NCBI GenBank assembly: GCA_022813865.1
Contig: JALDZX010000029.1
Location: 248,001 to 277,005 of the forward strand
Direction of reading: 5' to 3'
Length of the DNA stretch: 29,005 bases
Source: Xylographa opegraphella
Taxonomy: Eukaryota
Each line of letters opens with the position of its first letter. Positions within the stretch are counted from its first letter, which is position 1. Shown in pieces: positions 10,918-20,705 of the stretch. The notes under the pieces were generated by a model, which was not told the DNA's origin, did no database searches, and saw nothing but the letters and a program-made list of their open reading frames with translations. The translations under genes were made by a program, and so were the position numbers.

Positions 10918-10966
10918 GCCAAGAGTCTGGGCGCCTTGACGCAGCCTGGAACTGCCGCCTTGGCGC
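10918..10966. promoter_or_regulatory. PacC-type sites upstream of the ENA ATPase
   Basis: GCCAAG at 10918-10923 and CTTGGCGC at 10959-10966, 80-125 bp upstream of ATG 11044. The latter is the same 8-mer as in the pho89 array. Confidence 0.5.
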
Positions 10967-11043
10967 TTCGTCCCAGTCCAAAGATACCTTATGTAGGACA
11001 AACGTCCCCCATCGTCCCTCATACTCCAACTGGCACGAGTAAA

Positions 11044-14000
11044 ATGACGGCCGAACGTGAGAATAAGCAGAATAAGCAGCACCATGGCTCCGGACAAGCC
11101 AGCCAACTGCTCTCCGCCCCTGCGCACACACTCACGTGCGATGTGGTTTGCTCAGAAATCGGCACCGATGCCAACGACGGCCTTACCGCGGGCGAGATCA
11201 AGGCCAGACTCGGAGAGTTTGGGAGGAACGAGTTGGGAGATGGGCCGGGAGCGCAACCGTTGCAGATTCTTCTCCGTCAGGTCGCGAATGCAATGATGCT
11301 AGTTAAGCGACCAGGTCTCTCATTCTAGGTATATTTCGTTAATTTTGTAGTGTAGGTCTTGATCTTGGCCATGGCTGTCAGTTTTGGTATTCATTCGTAT
11401 ATCGAGGGCGGAGTCATTAGCGCCGTTATTCTCTTGAACATCGTCGTCGGATTCTTTCAGGAATATAGTGCTGAAAAGACGATGAATTCGCTGCGATCTT
11501 TGAGTTCTCCGACTGCATCCACCGTTAGGAATGGCAAGACAGAAGTAGTGCCCACTGCAGAAGTTGTACCAGGTGACATAGTCGAGCTGAAGACAGGAGA
11601 TACGGTGCCAGCGGATATCAGGTAAGATGATCGGCATCCCGAGGGATTGGATATATCACTGACGTCTCCAAAGGCTGCTTGAAGCAGTAAATTTTGACTG
11701 CGACGAAGCACTCCTTACTGGGGAGTCCTTGCCAGTTCAAAAGAATGCCGAAGTGACATTTGATGCGGACACAGGGCTAGGAGACCGCCTGAATATTGCA
11801 TTCAGCTCTACCACAGTCAGTAGAGGTCGTGCCCGTGGAGTTGTGTTTGCTACGGGCATGAAGACTGAAATTGGTTCGATTGCCGCCGCTCTTCGTGCAA
11901 AAGGAGATAGAATCCGTCCCGTCAAACGCAAACCAGACGGCTCCGCTCGGCCACACCGCTATGCCCAGGCGTGGGGACTGACAGCTGGAGATTCCATCGG
12001 CCACTTTCTGGGCGTAAACGTTGGCACCCCATTGCAGAGAAAACTCTCTAAGCTTGCCCTCCTGCTCTTTGGTATCGCCGTCGTTTGCGCTATCATCGTT
12101 CTCGGGGCGAACAAGTTCTCCAACGATCCGGATGTTATCATCTATGCTGTTGCCACCGGCCTGAGCATGATTCCTGCATGTCTTGTTGTAGTTTTGACCA
12201 TCACTATGGCAGCTGGAACCAAGAGAATGGTTCAACGACAAGTTATCGTGCGCAAATTAGATTCCCTGGAAGCTTTGGGGGCAGTCACAGGTTCGTCCCG
12301 CTTCTGACGAAGGAACAACGTTGACACCTAGTAGACATCTGCTCGGATAAGACAGGCACGCTCACACAGGGGAAGATGATCGTAAAGGAAGTATGGATAC
12401 CAGCAAGGGGGACTTTCTCGGTGGGCGCTTCAACAAATCCTATCGACCCGACGGAGGGCGATATTTCGCATGGGCACACGTCCCCATGTAAACTTAACAG
12501 AGACAACGAGAAGACCGGAGGTAATGGACGGGAAATGAAAGCGTCACCTGAGGGGTTGCTAAAAGACAATCCACATCTCGAAGACTTTCTCAACGTCGCT
12601 TCCCTCGCCAACCTGGCACATGTCCACCAAAGCGAAGGAGCTTGGACTGCTCGCGGTGAGCCGACTGAGATTGCTATTCAGGTCTTTGCTTCACGTTTCA
12701 ATTGGAACCGTGATCGTCTGACGAAAGAACTCTCCTGGAAACACATTGCGGAGTTTCCCTTTGATTCGAATATCAAGAAAATGTCCGTCATCTTTTCCCG
12801 CAATGAAAACAAGATGGTTTTCACTAAGGGCGCTGTAGAGAGGGTCATTGGTTCCTGCGACTACATCCATTGGGAGAGTTGTGATGCAACAAATATGACT
12901 GAAGACATCCGCAGTCACATTCTTGAGAATATGGAGGCTTTGGCTGCTCAGGGTCTCCGCGTGCTGGCCCTTGCCAGCAAAAAATTCAAGGGAAGCATTG
13001 CTTCCGATGCAGTGTATGACCGTGACGCGATCGAGAGCAACCTCACTTTCCTAGGACTCATCGGAATATACGATCCTCCTCGCCTCGAATCCTATAATGC
13101 TGTCAAACAGTGTCATCAGGCCGGGATTGCTGTTCGTATGCTCACTGGCGACCATCCCGGCACAGCGAGAGTTATTGCCGCTCAGGTTGGCATCATTCCA
13201 TCTAACTTAAAAGAGACTGCAAAGGACGTTGCAGATTCCATGGTGATGACAGGCAGCCAATTCGACAAGCTTTCTGACGAAGACATAGACAAACTTCAGA
13301 TGCTTCCACTCGTCATCGCCCGCTGCTCACCAAACACCAAGGTCCGCATGATCGATGCTCTTCGTAGGCGTAAGCTCTTCGGTGCAATGACCGGGGACGG
13401 AGTGAATGACTCACCCGCGTTGAAAAGAGCGGCTGTCGGTATTGCCATGGGCCAGGCGGGCTCAGACGTGGCAAAAGACGCTTCGGACATCGTTCTGACT
13501 GACGACAACTTCGCCTCTATTCTCAATGCTATAGAAGAAGGCCGTCGTATGTTCGACAATATTCAGAAGTTCGTTCTTCATCTTCTATCAGAGAACATTG
13601 CCCAAGCGTGTACCCTCCTCGTCGGATTGGCTTTCAAAGACTCTTCAGGTTTGTCCGTATTCCCTTTGGCTCCAGTCGAAATTCTCTGGATTATTATGAT
13701 CACCTCCGGATTGCCGGACATGGGACTTGGTGTTGAAGCAGCCGCGCCAGATATCATGAGTCGCCCACCCCAATCCCTTACCCATGGTATCTTTACATTT
13801 GAAGTAATGTTGGACATGCTTGTTTACGGACTTTGGATGGCCGCGCTTTGTCTCACGTCCTTCTCACTCGTCGTCTTCGGCTTCGGTGACGGGAACCTGG
13901 GTGTCAGCTGTAACAACAGCTACAGCACAGAGTGCGATACCATATTTCGAGCTCGGGCGACAACGTTCGTTTGCCTGACCTGGTTTTCACTTTTCTTGGC

Positions 14001-14391
14001 ATGGGAATTGACCAGCATGCGCCGTTCCTTCTTCCGCAGCAAGCCAAAAAGTAAACTATACTTCACCCAGTGGCTGCACGATGTCTGGAGAAACCAATTT
14101 TTGTTCTGGGCTATCGTTGCCGGCTTCATTACCATTTTTCCCACTCTCTACATCCCTGTCATCAATCGCGTGGTCTTTCTGCACGAGGGCATTAGCTGGG
14201 AGTGGGGCATCGTCTTCGTTGAGGGGACCCTCTTCGTTGGTGGCGTAGAGGCGTGGAAGTGGGCGAAGAGGATCTTCTTCCGCAAGAAAGCCCGTAGACA
14301 TCCAGAGGGTAACCTCGTGGATCTGGAAGCCAACGGTTTGAAAGGATTACGGGGAGACTCGGGGGCGATTGGTCACGAGCGAGAGACGTGA
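11044..14391 (+). CDS. ENA1: ENA-type P2D Na+/K+-exporting P-type ATPase; exons 11044-11301, 11356-11621, 11674-12290, 12335-14391
   Basis: P-type motifs DEALLTGES, DICSDKTGT (formed by splicing intron 12291-12334), FPFDS, KGAVE, MLTGD and TGDGVNDSP. ENA-diagnostic TM4 MIPACLVVVLTITMA (no PEGL as in Ca2+-ATPases), plus LGVNVGTPLQRKLSKLA and FRARATTF. Confidence 0.94.
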
Positions 14392-14941
14392 AATTTTTTT
14401 TTTAGTGACGCCACACCACTGTAACAAGACGAAAATGAAACGAGCAAGAGAAAAGATGGTACATCAGTATCGCAAGCAATAAACTTACCACGAAGCGATC
14501 AGGGTTGAGTCAAGGATGCTGTATTAGAAAGATACAGTAATAGGTGTGAACCTTTCAATACGCCACCAAGGCCAATAACAATATACAGTTTTTAGATAGC
14601 TAACGGAATCACGACGTGCCAATAGTAGAATCAATCCTCCTTTATTTTTATCCAAGTATCATAATATTGACCAAGTAGACTGTTTTGCGTTATTTATTTT
14701 ATTGACTTGAATAGCCATCGCCAGCCACGACCGCGTACAGGTTTGTGGAGTATTAGTATGGAGTATTATATTGCCAAGACCCGGATAATTTTCCATTTCC
14801 TTGGCACTGCCGCCCGAGCCCACAGCACTCGCCATCCCGGACCGAGGATATCCCAGCACCAAGCGATCCATCCTCAACATCATTCACCACAACCCACACC
14901 TGCCCAACCCTCCCCCCAATCGTCCCACAACGCTCACAACG

Positions 14942-15820
14942 ATGCGATCAACCGCCCGCCTCCTCGCAACGGTCAAGCCGAGCCGCTACCTCACGCCCGG
15001 CAACCCCACGGGCCTCACCGGCCTCTTCACGCACCCCCTGCCCCGGCCCACGCTCATCTACATCTACAGCCAAACGCTCGACAAGCTGCGCGCCTTCCCC
15101 GAGCACTCGGCCTACCGCGCCGCGACCGAGGCGCTCACCGCCCACAGGCTGCGTATCGTGGAGGGGATCCGGCCGCCGGGGTACGAGGAATGGAGCGCGC
15201 AGGCGCGCAAGCTGCTGGCCGAGCACCCGGAGGTCTTCAACACGCCGCCCGGGGGCGTGAGCCACGATAACGAGAAGCACGTCAAGAGCGTGCATGATGG
15301 GCGGAGCTTCGTGCGCTCCGTCGTGCCGCCGCGGGTGGACGACCGCACGATCGAGTGGGATGGCGAGGAGGTGCCCCTGGAGCAGGAGCAGGGCAGCAGG
15401 GCGAATTTTGAGGCGCTGGCGGGGGAGCGGCCGGGCAGTGATGAAAAGACGGTGGAGTGGGTGCAGGAGCCGGCGCTGGAGGCGACGCAGTACGTTCCGT
15501 TCCTGTTGGGGAGGGGGAGAGGTATCTCCTCCCTAGCTGCGGACTGGCTGACGCGTGGTGCTTTATAGGGTGGAGGAGTTGGAGAGGCAGATTGGGGGAG
15601 GCCTGATCGAGGAGGTGATCCAGGTGGCGGAGGGGGAACTCAAGCTGGTGGACGAGATGTTCCAGGCGAAAGTGTGAGGGGTATTCCTGTTTTTCTATGA
15701 CTGGGTTCGTTACTGACCGGAGACAGGTGGGAGGAGCTGGAGGAGAAGCCCAAGGATGGACAATGGCAGTATTTCGCGCGTGACCAGCATACTTCAGGGA
15801 CTCAGGAACCGCCGAGTTGA
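14942..15820 (+). CDS. NDUFA5: Mitochondrial complex I accessory subunit NDUFA5 (29.9-kDa subunit); exons 14942-15489, 15569-15673, 15727-15820
   Basis: Presequence-like start MRSTARLLATVK, then PTGLTGLFTHP, YRAATEALTAHRL, and the spliced C-terminus QVEELERQIGGGLIEEVIQVAEGEL...KVWEELEEKPKDGQWQYF characteristic of the family. Two GT-AG introns with CTGAC branch sites. Confidence 0.93.
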
Positions 15821-16492
15821 TGACCAATGGTGTGGGGGCGAGCGGTAAGGCTTGCAAGACGTTCTGATCAATGTATAGTACATAGCGCCGAGGACGCCTC
15901 GCCTCATTCGCCGAGTGCCGTCAGATGCGGATAACAATCACGACCGGGAGACTCTAGGGTGTGGCTGTTTTCCTCTTGACACCCTCCCTCTACAATTCAC
16001 AGCAACGAGAACCCTCATCCCTCGACCATGGCATATATAAGACTAGAATTTTTATATAGAATCGCCAGCATCGGCCACTCCCCAGCTAGAAGCAGTTTGC
16101 GACGAAGCAGGACGTGCACATCTCCGCGCATTGAATGATAAAATTGCTCTAAACGCTACGCGCAGGCGTCCGAAAAGCCGTCGTTTTTTTCACATCGTGC
16201 ATATCTCATAAGCCTCGTATACGAACCAGAATCCCTTCTGGCATGCAAAGGATAACAAAGCCTTATTTGATACAAAAGTTTGCCCGATGCAACGCGCTGT
16301 GGGAAAAAAAAAACATCCCAAAAATCCCACCCGTGATATGTGCCAAAAAGGTCTCCAGATCGCTGGGCTACGCCAGTGCTGTATCTAACCTGGCCAGCGT
16401 GGAAGCTGGGATATGTTTGTCCAAAAAAAAGTACGCCTGGAGCGTTTTCCTGCAGAAATCCAACGCCTGAAGCTCCGATGTAAGTTCGGAGT

Positions 16493-18928
16493 TCAAGTCG
16501 TTGATACAGGCTCCGTTTCTGTGTGCTGCCGCAAATCCCTCTCGTGGTTCTGTGGTGTCTGTCTGTTCTCTGGCACTGCGTCTGGATCATCTCCCAGCAC
16601 GTCCTTCTGTCCCTGTAAGTCCATATCAACCTCTTCCCTCTCTTGCGGTCCCGGTTCTCGGAGCATTTCATTGCCACCTACACCTACGAGGTCCATATCA
16701 GCCAGCCCAGAATCCACGTGTTCCATTCCCCGTGTTCTCTCTGGTCCCAATATCTCGGATAGCCGTTGCATACTCCTCCCCCTCCGGGAGCGTACATCAT
16801 CCCCGTCATCCTCATCGTTAAGGTCAATCGAGTTCTTATGCACAAGATATCCGCGCCCATCCACCACAATCTCTTCCCACCTGTTCTCACCGCTCGGACT
16901 GACAGGCACGATCTGAGCTTCATCGCCTTCGCTCTGTGAATCAGCAGGTCGCCAGTGACGACCCCTGTTTGGAAAGTCGAAACACTCAGTGCCAGTAAAT
17001 GGCTCGTGTCCACGTGAATTTACAATGTAAGTGCCAGGGCCATCAAATGGAATGTCCAGAGAGGAGTGTCGAGCGACGTGGGTATGGGAGTCTGACGATA
17101 GTGGTCGCGAACGGCCTTCATGACCAAGATCGATGTCTTCGCGTTCGACTGCTTGGGAAGGATCGATGTACTGAGTTTGGGAAGGAGCAGAGGAACTGTG
17201 CGGTCGAGCATAAGTCATGTTCTGAAGAGATGGCCGCGGGGTCGGGTAGTCACTATTGAGCGGCGGGAATAGAGACAAGAGTTTACGAGCGGAAAGCCTA
17301 TCTTGCGGGTGATCGCTCAGACAACGGTTGGTCAAGTCTCGATAGTATTGTGGGATCCCATCTCCTTTGTCTTTCAGGTAAAGCTCCCGAGGCTGTCGTT
17401 CCGGCTCGTCTTCCTCCTCAGCAAGAGCCCAGAGGACCATACCAAGCTGAAAGAGATCTGATTTGACGCCAATGTAAATCGATATTCTCTGACTGCTCTC
17501 AATCAACCTGGCTATTTCGGGTGGTTCCCAACCTACAGGACAGCCTCGCCGATTAATGTCAATTATATGCGCTCGGTCGTGATCATCGATGACAATGTTA
17601 GATAGCGTGAAATCACCCTGCACGAAACCAGCTTCGTGTATTTCTGACAAACCTCGCACAATCTGTTTCGCCCACCGCTCCCTCCTCGCCCATTCCAACG
17701 ACCCTTTGTAGTCAAAGATCATATCAACAAGAGGGCCTTGTTCGGCGAAGCTGATCAAAAGACCCTTCACCAAGTCGTGCCTCTCGTCGACCACCAGGCC
17801 TTGGAATTGAATGACATTCTGGGCACCTCTAAGCGCACTTAATGCATTGATCTCGTAAAGGAACTCCTCAACACTGTCGGGTCCTGGGATTTCTTTCTTT
17901 ATACATATATGCCCATGAACGCGAACCTTGTAAACAAATCCGGACATATGAGACTCGAACATTACTTCACTTTCAGGTATACGAGCAAATCGGAGGTGCT
18001 GGACTGCATGGGTAGAGGGATACGGTATTATTTCATTTGTATCTTCGGTGACGTGGACATGGAGCCGATCATCCTGGCTAGTCTCGAGCTTCAGATTGGT
18101 GACGGTGTCGTAGAACTGTATTTCTGGCAAGGACATTCGAATTGCCTCGTATATACGTGCACTTTTGTCACGCTGATACTGAAGGCCTTGTAGATCACGC
18201 TCTAATGATTCTGGCGGAGCATCTCGGTAGTCACAGGAGACGGTCACCCTCCGCCACCTTGTTGGTGTCTCGGCGTAGGTAACGAAGAACTTCTCCCGAG
18301 GCGACTTGTCACGGAAATGCATGCTTAGGTTGAGAATCCATTTTTCCTCGAGCTCGGCCTTGATCTGCTCATCGATATCGTCATTAAATGATGGTTCCGA
18401 CATTGGTGTTGGTAAGTCCTGAGGCAAATCGGGTGGAGGCGAGGGAGGGGGAGCAGGACGCTGAATACGCGGCTGCTCTGGTGTCTGTGAAGATCCATTG
18501 TTCTGTGAGTCGCGCGGGAATTGAGCGAAATCAGGACTCTCCACCTTGCAGACCGCTGGAGCCGAAAGCTTGGGTATTGAGATGGGGAGAGGAGAAGGAG
18601 GACGAGCGCTCATGGCTCTCCTTCTTTCATGAGAGGCAGGTCTTCGATCGCTTCCGCTTGGCTCGACCGGCGTTAGTCGCTCACGTCGCTCCGAGTTCTG
18701 TCTTCTGAACGTCGCCGGTCGCGGCAAACCAGGAACCACCTTCCTCGACAACCTACGGCCGAGACTGGGCCTTCCAGGTTCGGACTCTTGCTTCGTATCA
18801 GTGCATGGTGGTTGCTCCGTCTTTCCCATCCACCTGCTGAACCGGTGCCAAATTCGCTTCTGCTCACTCTTGTCTGTATCGAGCGCAAAGCCGGGGCGGA
18901 TGCCAGTGGAGGGGAGAGGCATGGCCAT
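16493..18928 (-). CDS. Atypical fungal protein kinase-domain protein (about 811 aa from the first ATG)
   Basis: Single long ORF. Kinase fold: SHMSGFVYKV, CIKKEI, EFLYEINAL, IHEAGFVQGDFTLSNI, IIDIN, GWEPPE, KSDLFQLG, HPQDR. Proline/arginine-rich N-terminus and acidic C-terminus. First in-frame ATG is 18928; the ORF track starts at a non-ATG codon. An upstream exon is not excluded. Confidence 0.85.
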   Translation of the reverse strand: MAMPLPSTGIRPGFALDTDKSEQKRIWHRFSRWMGKTEQPPCTDTKQESEPGRPSLGRRLSRKVVPGLPRPATFRRQNSERRERLTPVEPSGSDRRPASHERRRAMSARPPSPLPISIPKLSAPAVCKVESPDFAQFPRDSQNNGSSQTPEQPRIQRPAPPPSPPPDLPQDLPTPMSEPSFNDDIDEQIKAELEEKWILNLSMHFRDKSPREKFFVTYAETPTRWRRVTVSCDYRDAPPESLERDLQGLQYQRDKSARIYEAIRMSLPEIQFYDTVTNLKLETSQDDRLHVHVTEDTNEIIPYPSTHAVQHLRFARIPESEVMFESHMSGFVYKVRVHGHICIKKEIPGPDSVEEFLYEINALSALRGAQNVIQFQGLVVDERHDLVKGLLISFAEQGPLVDMIFDYKGSLEWARRERWAKQIVRGLSEIHEAGFVQGDFTLSNIVIDDHDRAHIIDINRRGCPVGWEPPEIARLIESSQRISIYIGVKSDLFQLGMVLWALAEEEDEPERQPRELYLKDKGDGIPQYYRDLTNRCLSDHPQDRLSARKLLSLFPPLNSDYPTPRPSLQNMTYARPHSSSAPSQTQYIDPSQAVEREDIDLGHEGRSRPLSSDSHTHVARHSSLDIPFDGPGTYIVNSRGHEPFTGTECFDFPNRGRHWRPADSQSEGDEAQIVPVSPSGENRWEEIVVDGRGYLVHKNSIDLNDEDDGDDVRSRRGRSMQRLSEILGPERTRGMEHVDSGLADMDLVGVGGNEMLREPGPQEREEVDMDLQGQKDVLGDDPDAVPENRQTPQNHERDLRQHTETEPVSTT

Positions 18929-20705
18929 GGTGAATTGATTGACTAGTGGAAGGTGCGCACATGGAAGGGCAAGCAGTGGTTGAGTTGACAAGATGGCAAT
19001 TGTAGATCATGCAGGTATCCATATAAGACCGTGGATCGCCATAGATCGAATTTCGCGAACGTGGGAAGACAGACGGTACATGACTGAGGCAACGCTCGAT
19101 CTGACAGGATCCTGTCGAGCAATTGAAGGCAGTGACGCGCCCAGGACCAAGGTGCCCCAACGGTGTTGAGTTGCAAGAAGGTGAAGAACAGATAGTAAGT
19201 ATTGTCAAGCGGGCCCAAGGCTGGGCTCCTTTCGGAAAGCGGACTAAGGTAAGGAAAGTGAGCATGAGAGGACTAAGCCGATTCTACACCGCCGGAGCTA
19301 AGGTAAAGTTCCAGCAGTTTTGAGTTCATCCTTTACCGAGCCAGGGCGGAGTCAATTGAGAAGCACGAAAGCCTCATCTACCTAATCAATTCATCGTTCA
19401 TCATCTAGCATCCATCAAGGTGCCGCGAGGTCGTGCACCGTACGACTCGACTACCTAACGTGCCCTGCCTGTGACTGTTTACTGTTTCCAAAAGCTGCCT
19501 AGGTGGTTAGAGCCTACGACCTAACAATGCGTTGGGCACACGCTGCATGCAGGTCCTGGCGCTGCCGTACGAACTACAGATACTTTCTCGGGAGAGGAGA
19601 AGTCTCAGCATCGTCCAATCAATACCATTGCCTCAGTTGTTCCACCGCCCGATGCGTTCCTTCCATTGGGAAAGACATCATGCAGAAGCAGACGAGCGCA
19701 TCCAATCATTGGCGGCATGAAAGCGACATATAATATTGGGCACCGGCTGCGAAGCGTGCTGCTGCGTCTTGCCATTCCAGATCAAGATAGGTACCTTACT
19801 TGTCTAAGGTAAAGTACCTGGGATATCTACGGTAAGTCCATCGATCGTGCATGGCTTGGCGGGCGGCTTTGCGCTCCCCATCCGCATCGTCGTGTCACTC
19901 TCGTCCTCCAGCGCCAGCAGAGACTTGTGATGCGTCGCCCTAATGGGAGTGTCGTCTTCTGTTGCGTCAGTTCCCCTGTTCGAGGGTGGGCCGCCCCAAG
20001 AGAAGCATGACGCTGCTTTCTCCGCTCTCGCAATCCATCACTCTAGCAAACGCGGCTTGCTGCCATGTGCACGACGATGACTGGCGGGCCGCACCCTTAG
20101 TTGCATGCGTCCACTCCCAGATCAAACCCACTACGGCCCTTGGTTTGGTAATGGGCGAAGCAAAGCTGCCCGAGGCGACCTCCCAAACGTCGCTCTGAGA
20201 TAGGAACGCCCCATTGGCGTTTTTGCCGTATATTCCGCCGCACTTCGGCTGGAATCTCGTCGGTGATATCAGGACTCTCGCTATAACGGCTGACATTATC
20301 GTGTTCGAAGTTGAGCTTTCCGCGATTAGTATGCATCACCGCGCCCTCAAGACCCGGTAACACGGCAGATTCACTTTCACGCTTCCCCTCTACAGAGTGG
20401 TGCATCTACACTGCCGCTCGCGGAATGTTTATCCCCCTATTTAGGGGTGACCTATATACACATTTACCCTCCTACAGGAAAAGGTAGAACCGAAACACAA
20501 TCGCCAGAGAGGAGTGCTGTGGAAACAGAACTCCAACCACCGGTCCGTCCCCGGGACAGCTCCCCGCTATGTGAATCGATTCCCCCAACTGGTGAGCAAT
20601 GCCAGCCGCACCTCTAGTGCTGAGCGCCGCCCGAATGCCTGGCGGATCCTGTAATTACACCAATTATATGCTAGCCGTGCCCAACCAGAAATGCTCGGTC
20701 GTGAA

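Noticed and set aside
11133..11138. CACGTG E-box near the ENA start
   Set aside because: Lies within coding exon 1, and a single hexamer is not significant.
11044..14391. Assignment as a Ca2+-ATPase (PMR1, PMC1 or SERCA)
   Set aside because: TM4 reads MIPACL rather than IPEGL, and other motifs are ENA-type.
14707..15857. Long alternative-frame and antisense ORFs over NDUFA5
   Set aside because: Expected by-product of high GC content and stop-codon scarcity.
19123..20405. Short ORFs and small hairpins between the kinase start and the Lon stop
   Set aside because: No coding signature or RNA-gene structure could be supported; likely promoter or long 5' UTR.
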